Assembly: GCA_038212275.1 (NCBI GenBank)
Contig: JBBQUR010000005.1
Location: forward strand, 192,001-256,000
Length of the DNA stretch: 64,000 nt
Origin: Planctomycetota bacterium
Lineage (GTDB): Bacteria; Planctomycetota; B15-G4
Direction of reading: 5' to 3'
The notes beneath the pieces are model-generated. The model did not search any database, was not told the DNA's origin, and worked only from the letters and a program-made list of their open reading frames with translations. This document shows positions 35,292-44,852 of the stretch, one piece after another. A program made the position numbers and the translations under genes. Each line of letters begins with the position of its first letter. The stretch's first letter is position 1.

Positions 35292-37268
35292 CTACCGGAT
35301 GCGCTTGAGGTGGTATTGCAGCGGGACGCCGCCGGTCGAGGTGGGGAGGATGCCCACCTTCGTTTCGGGCTCGTAGCCGACGGCCGAGATGGTGAGCGAA
35401 CAGAGCGAATCGTCGTCCACGTCCACTTCGAAGCGGCCCTCGGGATGGTCGGCCTCGCCGCTCATCCAGCTGCTGTTCGCGCTCTCCAGCAGCGTCGTGA
35501 AGCGGAGCACCGGTTCACCCGTGAGGGCGTCGAAGACGAGGCCGTGCACCTGCGGCGACGGACTCAGCACCCAGGTCCGCGGCGCGTCGCCGGCCAGCAC
35601 CGTCTCGTAGCGGAACGAGTAGCCCTGCTTGTTGAGCATCATGCCCTGCTCGCCCTCGGGCAGGCCGACGACCTCGAACCAGCCGTCGGCCTCCGTGAAC
35701 ACTGCGCCCTCGGCCGTGAACAGCTGCGTGCCGACGGGCTTGATGTTCACGCTCACCTTCTCGAGCGGCGCGCCTCCTGGCTCCGTGACGCGGCCGCGCA
35801 GGCTCAGGCCGAAGCTCAGCACGAAGTCCACGGCCGCATGCGCCTCGGTGGCCGCGACGGTGAACTCCGTCTTCCGCGGCGAGCAGCGCTGCTCGGCGTC
35901 GATTGCAGTGAGGCGCTTGTCGCCCGGCGACACGCGCTCGAAGCGGTAGGTGCCGTCGGCGCCGGTCACGGCGCTGCGCTCCGTGGCGGAGAGTTCGGTC
36001 TCGCCGTCGCTGCCGTCCTCGGAGGCGCCGCTGCTGCTCGTGATCGTTGTCGTGCCGTCGAAGCTGATCGAAGAACCGCCCTGCTCGGGGGCCGGCCAGC
36101 GCACGAGGCGTTCGAGCGTGACCCTGCTGCCGGTGAGGGGCACGCCGCTCGCGTCGGTCACCCGGCCCTCGATGAGGGCGCCGTGATCGAGTTCCACATC
36201 CAGCCTCGTGGTCACTCCGGTCTGCACGAAGATATCGGGGATCCAGCGCGGGGCGAGGTCGGCGGGCGGCAGGGTTTCGCTGCCGACCTGCACGAGGTAG
36301 CGGCCCTCGAGCACGTGGTCGAGGCGGTAGTGGCCTTCGGCATCGGTGCGCGTGACGAGGTACTCGGCGCTGGCTTCGCCGTGGCTTGCGGTCATGGAGG
36401 CGGTGATGCGCACCTCGCTGTCGGGCACGGCCTGGCCCGTCGGGTCCGTGACGCGGCCTTCGATCGCACCGCTGCCCAGCAGCTGCAGCTCCACATGCGC
36501 GAGCTGCCGGCTGTCGGGCGGCGCGTTCACGGCGCGCGTCTCGCGCGCAAACCACGGCGCCTGCGCCCAGACGTCCACGGAAAGGCGCTCGCTGGCCGGC
36601 ACGACGTCGCGCAGTTCGAAGCGCCCGTTTTCGTCGGTGAGTGCGGGCGTGCGCGAGCCGACGCTCGCGGAGGCGCCGACGAGGGGTGAGCCCACGGTGT
36701 CGGTCACCCGCCCCGTGATCAGGAAGCCGCTGTCGTAGGTGAGCAGCAGACCGTCGATGTCACCTGCGACCTGCGGCAAGGGATAGGTCGCGGTCTCGCG
36801 CGTCAGCGTGTCGTCGAAGTCCACGGCGACTTCCGTTTCGTCGAGCGGGACGCCGCTGAGCGTGAAATGGCCGTCCTCCGCATCCGTGATGGCTGCGTCG
36901 TACGCGGCCGAACCGGCCGGCTGGCCCACCTTCAGCACGCGGCTCACGGCGGCGCCGCCCAGCGGCGTCTCGTCGGAGAGCCGCACGACCCGTCCCGAGA
37001 TGCGGCGCACCGGCACGGCGGCAGGCTCCCGCGCGGCGACGGGTTCCGCCGCGGCTGGGAGGCGCTCCACCTGGGCGACCCGGGACGGGGGTGCGGGTTT
37101 TTCCCCGGCTGGTCCGTGAAAGCCCGGCGGAGTCCCCCCGACATCCTCGGCGTGCCGGAGTGGCGAGCCTCCCGGCTGCACCGAAACCTCGCCCGTCAGC
37201 AACCACATCGCCAGGCCGGCGAGCGCCAGCGCTCCGGCGAGCACGCCCATCAGCAGCGTCTTGTTCAT
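35292..37268 (-). CDS. Membrane-anchored protein of tandem carboxypeptidase-regulatory-like (transthyretin-like) domains
   Basis: N-terminal TM; repeated I.GRVTD..G.P..GA.V...TD..G.F.L modules. Confidence 0.85.
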   Translation of the reverse strand: MNKTLLMGVLAGALALAGLAMWLLTGEVSVQPGGSPLRHAEDVGGTPPGFHGPAGEKPAPPSRVAQVERLPAAAEPVAAREPAAVPVRRISGRVVRLSDETPLGGAAVSRVLKVGQPAGSAAYDAAITDAEDGHFTLSGVPLDETEVAVDFDDTLTRETATYPLPQVAGDIDGLLLTYDSGFLITGRVTDTVGSPLVGASASVGSRTPALTDENGRFELRDVVPASERLSVDVWAQAPWFARETRAVNAPPDSRQLAHVELQLLGSGAIEGRVTDPTGQAVPDSEVRITASMTASHGEASAEYLVTRTDAEGHYRLDHVLEGRYLVQVGSETLPPADLAPRWIPDIFVQTGVTTRLDVELDHGALIEGRVTDASGVPLTGSRVTLERLVRWPAPEQGGSSISFDGTTTITSSSGASEDGSDGETELSATERSAVTGADGTYRFERVSPGDKRLTAIDAEQRCSPRKTEFTVAATEAHAAVDFVLSFGLSLRGRVTEPGGAPLEKVSVNIKPVGTQLFTAEGAVFTEADGWFEVVGLPEGEQGMMLNKQGYSFRYETVLAGDAPRTWVLSPSPQVHGLVFDALTGEPVLRFTTLLESANSSWMSGEADHPEGRFEVDVDDDSLCSLTISAVGYEPETKVGILPTSTGGVPLQYHLKRIR

Positions 37269-37554
37269 GAGTTGTGCACCTTCCCGGCAGGCCGCGGCGA
37301 GCCATCCCAACGGGCCATTCGCGCCGCTTCTCGGGCACGCGCCCAGGTTTGCTCCACATCATTCCACAAGCGCGGGGAGACGTCGCGTGGTGCGGGGCTT
37401 TCGATGCATGTGCGGGGCGCCGGCCTCTGGAACGGGGTTTGCGAAATGCAGCCGAAACCGTGGCCGAGCCTCGGGGCAGCTGAGCTGCCCGGCGCCCGAG
37501 GCAGGCCTGCGCGGCTGGCCGACTGAACTCCTCTCGTGAGGCCTCTGTCCACCG

Positions 37555-38577
37555 ATGAACATGCGTGTGCTGCTGGCGGCTGCCGGGTCGGCTGCCTTGG
37601 TCCTTGCGCTCTTCGCCGCGCGCCCGCCGCGGCCCGCGGAGCCGGAGACGCCGCCCGCCGCGCGGCTCAGCTTCGCGCAATACCCGCTGGGCGAATCCGC
37701 GCAGCGCGGCGCGACGGTCTACGCCCGCTGGTGTGTCGGATGTCACGGCCCGGAGGGACGCGGGGACGGCATCGCCAGCCCGCTGCTCAGTCCGCCGCCG
37801 CGCAACTTCCAGCTCGGCAAGTTCAAGTTCCGCAGCACGCCCTCTGGCGAACTGCCCACCGAGGCGGACCTGCTGCACACCATCAGCTGCGGCCTGCAGG
37901 GCTCCGCGATGCCGGGCTTTCCGCTGATGCCCGAACCCGAGAAGCGCGACGTGGTCGCCTTCGTCCGTGCGCTCACGGAGTACGGCCTCGTGAAGCGCGA
38001 GGTGGACTACGTGATGGAGGACGAGGAGCTGAGTCTGGAGCAGGTGCTCGGCGAGCGCTTCGCGGAGATCCGCGAGGAGGCGCTCGCCGATGCCTATGAA
38101 AACGTCTGGCCGGTGGCGGTGCCGCCGGAGCCCGAGGTGGACGGTGCGGCGCTGGCCCAGGGCCGCAAGCTCTACGAGCAGCAGTGCGTGGCCTGCCACG
38201 GCAGTTCCGGCCGCGGAGACGGCCCGAGCAACAATCACCTGCGCGACGGCACCGACGCGCCGATCCGCGCGCGCGACTTCACGACGGGCGTGTTCCGTGC
38301 GGGCAGCGCGCCGTCGGACCTGTTCCTGCGCATGAAGACCGGCCTCAACGGCACGCCGATGCCCGCCGTCTCCGGCAGCGACGACGACCTGTGGGCCATC
38401 GCGCACTACATCCTCAGCCTGCGCGACCCGGCCAACGCGGGCTTCATTCACCCGACCAGCTGCGAGGCGCACGCGCACACGACAGTCGCTGCGCAGTCCG
38501 GCGCGCCTGCTGGCGCACAGGCCGGCGAGGTCGCGGCACCCGACACCGCGCCCGCCACGCAGGGAGCCGCGAAATGA
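37555..38577 (+). CDS. Exported di-heme c-type cytochrome, first gene of the cbb3 operon
   Basis: Signal/anchor; CVGCH and CVACH, each followed by G.GDG, PR.F..G.F, and axial MP motif (GSAMP, GTPMP). Confidence 0.88.
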   Translation: MNMRVLLAAAGSAALVLALFAARPPRPAEPETPPAARLSFAQYPLGESAQRGATVYARWCVGCHGPEGRGDGIASPLLSPPPRNFQLGKFKFRSTPSGELPTEADLLHTISCGLQGSAMPGFPLMPEPEKRDVVAFVRALTEYGLVKREVDYVMEDEELSLEQVLGERFAEIREEALADAYENVWPVAVPPEPEVDGAALAQGRKLYEQQCVACHGSSGRGDGPSNNHLRDGTDAPIRARDFTTGVFRAGSAPSDLFLRMKTGLNGTPMPAVSGSDDDLWAIAHYILSLRDPANAGFIHPTSCEAHAHTTVAAQSGAPAGAQAGEVAAPDTAPATQGAAK

Positions 38578-40076
38578 GCAGCACCAGCGTTCCACTGCAT
38601 CCGGCGGGCGACGGCGGGCGCGACCTGCCCGCCGAGCACGCGGTCTCCGGTGCGCTCGTGGAGAAGGCGCTCATCCGCTGGCACTTCCTCTTCGCCGTCG
38701 GCTTCCTGCTCACGTCGATGGCCAGCGGCTTTCTCGTCTCGCTGAACTTCATCCACGCCTATCCGTTCCCGGGCATCGAGTGGTTCTCCGTGAACCGCTT
38801 GCGCCTGCTGCACACCAACGAGGTCGCGTTCGGCTTCCTGGTCAATGCGCTGGTCGGCGCGCTCTACTACGCGATCCCGCGGCTCACGGGGCGCCGCGTC
38901 TGCGCGCGCTGGCTGGGCTGGGTGATCCTCGTCGTGTGGCAGGCGCTCATGGTCGCCACCTCGGCGGGGCAGGTCATGGGATTCACGCAGGGCGTCGAGT
39001 GGGGCGAGACGCCCACCGGCTTCCGTCCGGGAACCTTCGTCCTCGAATACATCCCGGTGGACTTCCTCATCGAGCTCGGCGCGGTGTTGCTGGCCATCCA
39101 GTTCCTGGTGCCCATCGCGCGCTCGCTGCACAAGCGCATGTACGTGTCGCTCTGGTACATCTCGGCCGGGCTCGTGTGGCTCATCCTCACCTACGTGATG
39201 GGCAACACGCTGCCCGAGTGGACGCTGGCGGGCTCATCCGGCGCCGCGACCGCGGGCCTCTACATCCACGACCTGGTCGGCCTCTTCCTCACGCCGCTGG
39301 GCTGGGGCCTGATGTACTTCTTCGTGCCGATCATCCTGCGCCAGCCGGTGTGGAGCCACGCGCTGTCGGTCATCGGCTTCTGGGCGCTGGCCTTCTTCTA
39401 TCCGCTCAACGGCGTGCACCACTTCCTGCTGTCCAGCATCCCGATGTCGGTGCAGTACGGCGCGATCATCTCCACCATGGCGGTGGAGATCGTGGTCACC
39501 ACGGTCATCGTGAACTTCTTCGCGACGATGTGGGGCAAAGGCTACGCGCTGCGCAGCAGCCTGCCGATCCGCTGGTTCTACACGGGCATGGTGCTGTACT
39601 TCATCACCTGCCTGCAGTGTTTCTTCCACACGACGCTCACGCTGCAGGCGGTGATCCACTTCACGGACTGGGTGCCGGGTCACGCGCACCTCGTGATGCT
39701 GGGTGTCTTCGCCTTCTGGCTCATCGGCATCATCACGTGGTTGTGGCCGCGCATCACGGGCCACGAGTGGTACAGCCGGCGCCTCAACAGCTGGCAGTAC
39801 TGGTTGTCCATGCTGGGTCTGATGATCATGTTCGTGGACCTGCTCGCTGCGGGCGTGGTCAACGGCTACATGCTCCGCAACCTCGTGCCGTGGATGGACA
39901 TGGTGCGCGCGATGGGTCCGTTCTGGAGCGTGCGCACCTTCGCCGGCGGGATGATCCTGCTGGGCCAGATGCTCTGGGCCTTCAACCTCACCATGACCAT
40001 GCGCGGCGGAAGGCCCTACGACTACCGCAGCGACCTCGTCCTGCCCGACGGGGCCGACGCCCGAGGGGAGAGCTGA
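38574..40076 (+). CDS. ccoN: cbb3-type (C-family) heme-copper oxidase subunit I, divergent
   Basis: RLRLLHTN, EWGE, YIHDLVGLFLT, YPLNGVHH, HFTDWVPGHAH; six metal-ligand His plus TM7 Tyr; ATGA overlap. Confidence 0.9.
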   Translation: MSSTSVPLHPAGDGGRDLPAEHAVSGALVEKALIRWHFLFAVGFLLTSMASGFLVSLNFIHAYPFPGIEWFSVNRLRLLHTNEVAFGFLVNALVGALYYAIPRLTGRRVCARWLGWVILVVWQALMVATSAGQVMGFTQGVEWGETPTGFRPGTFVLEYIPVDFLIELGAVLLAIQFLVPIARSLHKRMYVSLWYISAGLVWLILTYVMGNTLPEWTLAGSSGAATAGLYIHDLVGLFLTPLGWGLMYFFVPIILRQPVWSHALSVIGFWALAFFYPLNGVHHFLLSSIPMSVQYGAIISTMAVEIVVTTVIVNFFATMWGKGYALRSSLPIRWFYTGMVLYFITCLQCFFHTTLTLQAVIHFTDWVPGHAHLVMLGVFAFWLIGIITWLWPRITGHEWYSRRLNSWQYWLSMLGLMIMFVDLLAAGVVNGYMLRNLVPWMDMVRAMGPFWSVRTFAGGMILLGQMLWAFNLTMTMRGGRPYDYRSDLVLPDGADARGES

Positions 40077-40077
40077 C

Positions 40078-40965
40078 ATGGACCGCTTCAGTCGCGTGCT
40101 GATCGTCGCCGGCATCCTGTGCTTCGTGTTCGCCTTCGTGCTCTCCGGGCTGTACCCGTACATGATCACGGATGCGAAGACGCCCGAGGCGAGCATCGCC
40201 GAGCTGGCGGCCGTGGTGCCGCCCGTCTTCAAGTCGCTGAAGGACGCCGACCCGTCGGGCTTCGTCGCGGCGTTTCCCGCAGCCGCCGGAGCGCTCTCGC
40301 CGCTGGAGCTGCTGACGGAGACGCCCGACGAGGCGGCCGTGCAAGCCGGCGAGGCGGCCTGGCGCGCCGTGTACGCGGAGGCGTTGCAGCGCGGCCGCGA
40401 CAACTACATCGCGGACGGATGCTGGCACTGCCACAGCCAGTACGTGCGCCCGGTGGCCAACGAGGAGCAGCGCTTCGGGCCGGTGCTGCCCGCAGCCAAC
40501 GACAACAATGCCTTGCAGCGTCCGGTGCTGTGGGGCACGCGCCGCGTCGGACCCGACCTCACGCACGAGGGCGGGCTGCGCAGCAACGACTGGCACCTCG
40601 CGCACTTCGCGAACCCGCAGGGCACATCGCCCGATTCGGTGATGCCGGCCTACCCGTGGTTCCTGCGGACCGGCTTCCAGGTGCGTCGCACGATCGCGCC
40701 GGAGGTCGCCGAGCGCGAGGGCCTCGATCCCGCGACGAGCTACCCGGTGCCCGGCCTCTACGCCACGCAGGCCGAGGCGCAGGCCGCGCTGGAGCGCGTG
40801 AAGGCGGCACTGCCGTCGAGCCTGGCCGCCGAGCAGAGCCGTCTGCTCGTCGCGCCAGGCACCAGTTTCAACGGGCGCGGCTTTTCGCTCGTCGCCTATC
40901 TGCAATGGCTCGGCACGTGGACGCCGCCGGCCGCGCGCGCCGCAGCGACGGGCGGTGAGCCATGA
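40078..40965 (+). CDS. ccoO: cbb3-type oxidase subunit II (monoheme cytochrome c)
   Basis: GRD.YI.DGCWHCHSQYVRP, LWGTRRVGPDL, WH..HF.NP, SVMPAYPW. Confidence 0.92.
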   Translation: MDRFSRVLIVAGILCFVFAFVLSGLYPYMITDAKTPEASIAELAAVVPPVFKSLKDADPSGFVAAFPAAAGALSPLELLTETPDEAAVQAGEAAWRAVYAEALQRGRDNYIADGCWHCHSQYVRPVANEEQRFGPVLPAANDNNALQRPVLWGTRRVGPDLTHEGGLRSNDWHLAHFANPQGTSPDSVMPAYPWFLRTGFQVRRTIAPEVAEREGLDPATSYPVPGLYATQAEAQAALERVKAALPSSLAAEQSRLLVAPGTSFNGRGFSLVAYLQWLGTWTPPAARAAATGGEP

Positions 40966-41339
40966 GTTCCGTGCATCGGCCCGACACGCCGGGCAGCCCG
41001 TCCGCGCGCCGCCCGCCGACGAGCGACGCCGGGCCGCTCGCGCCGGGGCTGCGGACGCCGCAGCGCATTCCGCGCGGCGCGCTGTGGTTCCTGATGGCCG
41101 TCATCGTGCTGGGCGGCGCCGGATTCATCTACAAATTCTACGAGTTCTTCCTCGACATCGCGGCGCAGGACGGCTTCCGATTCGCGGGCGCACACCTGCT
41201 GACGTATCTGCTGGTGGCGGCCGGCTTCCTGCTGCTGCTGCTTTACGCCTTCCTCAACGGCCACTTCGCCGACATCGAGAGTCCCAAGTACGAGCTGCTG
41301 GAGCGGGAGGTGCGTCTTGACCACGAAGAATACGACTGA
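40962..41339 (+). CDS. ccoS: Small two-TM protein with CcoS/FixS-like C-terminal motif
   Basis: LLLYAFLNGHFADIESPKY resembles FixS W...GQF.D.E.P; translationally coupled to ccoO. Confidence 0.6.
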   Translation: MSSVHRPDTPGSPSARRPPTSDAGPLAPGLRTPQRIPRGALWFLMAVIVLGGAGFIYKFYEFFLDIAAQDGFRFAGAHLLTYLLVAAGFLLLLLYAFLNGHFADIESPKYELLEREVRLDHEEYD

Positions 41340-41529
41340 GGCCTCGCGCTGGTCGGCCACCGCCGCACGAGCGGAAGCCGACGACAACACGATGCCGGAG
41401 TTCCAGTACGGGCACGGCCGCATGCCCTTCTTCATGAAAATCGTGTGGCTGGCGTTTCTCGCCTTCGGCACCTGGTACACGGTGGTCTTCCTGCTGGACG
41501 CGCTGGGCACCGAGCTCGGCGTCGGCTGA
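41317..41529 (+). CDS. Small single-TM protein, resembles isolated CcoP N-terminal/CcoQ-like piece
   Basis: EFQYGHGRMPFFMKIVWLAFLAFGTWY; GGAGG upstream of TTG; stop overlaps next ATG. Confidence 0.55.
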   Translation: MTTKNTTEASRWSATAARAEADDNTMPEFQYGHGRMPFFMKIVWLAFLAFGTWYTVVFLLDALGTELGVG

Positions 41530-43982
41530 TGCCGGCCGCGCCGGACGCGCCAGCCGCGCGCAGGGCGCCGCCGTCGGCGGCCATCGTCGCCGACATCGTC
41601 GACGCTGCCGACGCTGCCGACGCTGCCGACGCTCCGAACGCTCCGGACGCTCCCGACGCCACCGCTGCCTGTGCACACTGCGGCCTCCCCGTGCGGCTCT
41701 CGCGGCGCGCACGGAGCGCCGCGGCGGCGGTGGCCGCGGCCGCTGCCCATGCCGCCGCCGATGCCGATGTCAATGCCGCATCAGCCGCCGCTGCGACAGC
41801 GCCGATGTACTGCTGCGTGGGGTGCCGCCTCGCGGCAGCGGCGGGCGGGAGCGGCGGCGCGCGCGGGCTGCTCGAGGCGCGGTTGCTGCTCTCGGCATTC
41901 CTCGCGATGGGCGTGATGACCTTCAGCCTCGTGAGCTACGGCGAGACGCTGCACGCCGTCGGCGACGAGCCGGGACTCGCCGCCGTGCGCAACCTCGGTC
42001 GCGCCGCCCTCGCGCTCTTCTCCACGCCCGTGCTGCTGCTGCTGGGCCTGCCTCTGCTCGCGGGCGCGTGGGCCGACCTGTCGCAGCGCCGCGTGCGCAT
42101 GGACGGCCTCATCGTGCTGGCGACGTTCGCCGCCTTCGGCCTCTCGCTCGCACACACGTGGACCGGCGAGGGCGAGGTCTACTACGACACCGCGACGATG
42201 GTGCTCGTGCTCGTGAGCTTCGGCCGCCGGCTGGAAGCTCATGCTCGCGCACAGGGACGCGACGCCGCCACCGCGCTGGCCGAGTGCCTGCCGCGCGCCG
42301 CGCACCGGATGGCGCGCGCGGGCTACGACACCGCGCCGGCCATAGCGATGCCGGAAGACGTCGCGCCCGAAGTGCTGAGCGCGGGCGACCTCTGCGAGCT
42401 GCGGCCCGGCGAGGCCGTGCCTGCCGACGTGATCGTCGTGGCGGGCGGCGGCGCGGTCCGCTGCGCGCACATCACCGGCGAAGAGACGCCGCGTCCTGTC
42501 GGCCCCGGCGACGAGCTGCCGGCCGGCGCGCTCAACGGCGAGACCGCGCTCACTGTGCGCGTCCTGCGTCCCGTCGCGCAGAGTCGGCTGGCGCGCCTGC
42601 GCGAGCTGCTCGACGCGCCGCTCCCGGCCACGCACCTCACGCGGCTCGTGGATCGCCTCGCGGGCGTGCTCGCCGCGCTGTCCATCACGCTGGCGGCGGT
42701 GGCCGGCTCCTGGTTCGCGTGGCACGCCGGCGCCGGCGACGGATTGCGCGTCGCACTCTCCGTGCTGCTCGTCGCGTGTCCGTGCGCGCTCGGCCTTGCG
42801 ACGCCGCTCGCATACCGCGCACTGCGCACCGCGCTGGCGAAGCGCGGCTTGCTCGTGCACGACGCCGCGGCGCTGGAGCGCTGCGCCCGCGTGGACACCG
42901 TGCTGCTGGACAAGACCGGCACGCTGACCGACCCGGCGCTGGCCCGCGCGCAGATCACCGCCGAGACGCCGGCCGCCGTGCTGCGGCTCGCGCGACTCGT
43001 CTCCGCCTCGGGCCACGCGCTGGCCTCGGCCTTCGCAATGGCTGCGCCGGGCTCGACGGCGGCGCCGGACACGACGGCTGCGCCTGGCGCGACGGCGGCG
43101 TCGGACGTCGCGGCGGCGCCGGGCGCTTCGCTCTCTCACGCGGCGTCTGAACTCGTCGACGACCTGCGCCTCGTGCCGGGGCGCGGCGTGAGGGCGCGCA
43201 TCGGAGGCCGCGACTGCTGTGCCGGCAGTCTCTCGTGGCTGGAGTCGGAGGGCGTGCAGGCCGGCGCGCCCTTCGTCGCCGAGCGTGACCGACTGCTGGC
43301 GCGCGGCGTGAGCATCGTGGCGCTGGCCGAGGAGGGCGTGATCACCGCGCTTGCCGGCATCGAGAGCACGCTGCGACCCGGCGCGCATGCGGCGGTCGCG
43401 GACTTTCGCAGGCGCGGACTCGCCGTGCTGATCCTCTCCGGCGACAGGCAGGCGTCGGCGGCGAGCCTCGGCAGCGAGGTCGGCGCGGCGGCGCTCGGCG
43501 ACCTGCTGCCTGAGGGCAAGCTGGCCGTGCTTCAGGATGCGCGCTGCGCCGGCCGCGTCACGCTCATGGCAGGCGACGGCATCAACGATGCGCCCGCGCT
43601 GCGCGCTGCGGACGTCGGCGTGGCGCTGGCCGTCGGCAGCGCGGCTGCGCGCGGCCAGGCCGGCGTGGAACTCGTCGCGGACGATCTGCACGCGCTGGTC
43701 GACCTGCTCGACGCCGCGCGCGCGCTGCGGCGCGCCGTGCGCGTCAACCTCACGTGGACGCTGATCTACAACGCGGTGTTGCTCGCGCTTGCTGCCAGCG
43801 GCCACCTGCACCCGCTGCTCGCCGCGGTGGCGATGATCGTCTCGAGCCTCATGGTGAGCCTGCGCAGCTACGCGTTGCTCACGTGGGAGCCGCCCGTGCG
43901 CAACTCCCTATCGAGCGCTCGTGCCGGGCATGACGACGTCGATGCGGGTGAGGCGATTCCTGCAGCGGGACTCATGCGATGA
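41529..43982 (+). CDS. ccoI: Heavy-metal (Cu) P1B-type ATPase, CcoI/FixI-like
   Basis: CAHC..YCCVGC N-terminal motif, TGE, CPCALGLATP, DKTGT, GDGINDAPAL, YN and M..SS in TMs. Confidence 0.88.
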   Translation: MPAAPDAPAARRAPPSAAIVADIVDAADAADAADAPNAPDAPDATAACAHCGLPVRLSRRARSAAAAVAAAAAHAAADADVNAASAAAATAPMYCCVGCRLAAAAGGSGGARGLLEARLLLSAFLAMGVMTFSLVSYGETLHAVGDEPGLAAVRNLGRAALALFSTPVLLLLGLPLLAGAWADLSQRRVRMDGLIVLATFAAFGLSLAHTWTGEGEVYYDTATMVLVLVSFGRRLEAHARAQGRDAATALAECLPRAAHRMARAGYDTAPAIAMPEDVAPEVLSAGDLCELRPGEAVPADVIVVAGGGAVRCAHITGEETPRPVGPGDELPAGALNGETALTVRVLRPVAQSRLARLRELLDAPLPATHLTRLVDRLAGVLAALSITLAAVAGSWFAWHAGAGDGLRVALSVLLVACPCALGLATPLAYRALRTALAKRGLLVHDAAALERCARVDTVLLDKTGTLTDPALARAQITAETPAAVLRLARLVSASGHALASAFAMAAPGSTAAPDTTAAPGATAASDVAAAPGASLSHAASELVDDLRLVPGRGVRARIGGRDCCAGSLSWLESEGVQAGAPFVAERDRLLARGVSIVALAEEGVITALAGIESTLRPGAHAAVADFRRRGLAVLILSGDRQASAASLGSEVGAAALGDLLPEGKLAVLQDARCAGRVTLMAGDGINDAPALRAADVGVALAVGSAAARGQAGVELVADDLHALVDLLDAARALRRAVRVNLTWTLIYNAVLLALAASGHLHPLLAAVAMIVSSLMVSLRSYALLTWEPPVRNSLSSARAGHDDVDAGEAIPAAGLMR
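41601..41660 (+). repeat. 9-bp in-frame tandem repeat in ccoI N-terminus (DAADAADAADAPNAPDAPDA)
   Basis: GACGCTGCC x3, GACGCTCCG, AACGCTCCG, GACGCTCCC. Confidence 0.8.
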
Positions 43983-44839
43983 ACGGCGCCGAGCTGCTCG
44001 CGGCCGCGGTGGGAGGGCTGCTCTTCGCGCTGGTCAACGCCCTGCACTGCGCGGGGATGTGCGGGGCCTTTGCGGTGCGTGCCGCGGCGGGGCATCGCGC
44101 GGGAGCAAGCCTGTCGGCGTATCTGTTCGGCAAGACCTTCACCTATGTCTTCCTCGGGGCGCTCGCGGGCGCGGCCGGCGGCAGGTTGCTCTCCGCGGCG
44201 GGGCCGCTGCAGCGCGTCGCGGGGCTGATCGTCGGCGCGCTGTTCGTGGTGGCGGGCGTGCGGCTGATCGTGGGCCGCATGGCCGGCGGCGCGACAGGTC
44301 GCTTCGCGCGAGCGGCTGGCGCGCTGCTCGCCCCGTTGCTCGCGGACCTGCGTGTCGGAGGTGACGAGGTGTCGGCGCGTGGTGAGGGCGCGTCCACGAC
44401 GGCAGAGAGTGCGGGCGGCGCAGTGAGCTCGGCAGCGCAGGTCGCCGCGCGGCGCTTCACGCTCGGCGCGCTCACCGGCCTGCTGCCGTGCGGCGTCACC
44501 GGTCTGGCGCTGCTGCAGGCTGCGGCGCTCGCTTCGCCGGCGTCGGGCGCGCTTTTCATGGCGGCGTTCGGAGTCGGCACGGCGCCGGCGCTTGCGGCGA
44601 CGGCGCTTCTCGGGCGCGGACTGCTGGCTCGCGCCGGAGCCGGCACGCGACGCCTGCGCTACGCCGCGGGCGGGCTGCTGCTTGCCGCGGGATTGCTCGC
44701 GCTGCTGCGCGCCGGAGCCGGCTGGAGCGACACGACGGCTGGAGGCGGCGCGGGAGACGCCAGCGGCGTGAACGGCGTGCTCGACGCGTCCTCGGTTCGC
44801 ACGGCGGCCGCGCTCGCATGTCCCCTGTGTCCGCGATGA
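43979..44839 (+). CDS. DsbD_2 / TauE-SafE-like membrane protein of cco maturation clusters
   Basis: HCAGMCG and GLLPCG motifs, M.AFG.GT.P; ATGA overlap. Confidence 0.85.
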   Translation: MNGAELLAAAVGGLLFALVNALHCAGMCGAFAVRAAAGHRAGASLSAYLFGKTFTYVFLGALAGAAGGRLLSAAGPLQRVAGLIVGALFVVAGVRLIVGRMAGGATGRFARAAGALLAPLLADLRVGGDEVSARGEGASTTAESAGGAVSSAAQVAARRFTLGALTGLLPCGVTGLALLQAAALASPASGALFMAAFGVGTAPALAATALLGRGLLARAGAGTRRLRYAAGGLLLAAGLLALLRAGAGWSDTTAGGGAGDASGVNGVLDASSVRTAAALACPLCPR

Positions 44840-44852
44840 GGCCGCGCGGCGC

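Noticed and set aside
38574..40076. Nitric oxide reductase NorB
   Set aside because: TM7 Tyr is retained, the HLWVEG motif of cNOR/qNOR is absent, and Cu-delivery genes (ccoI/S/G-like) are in the operon
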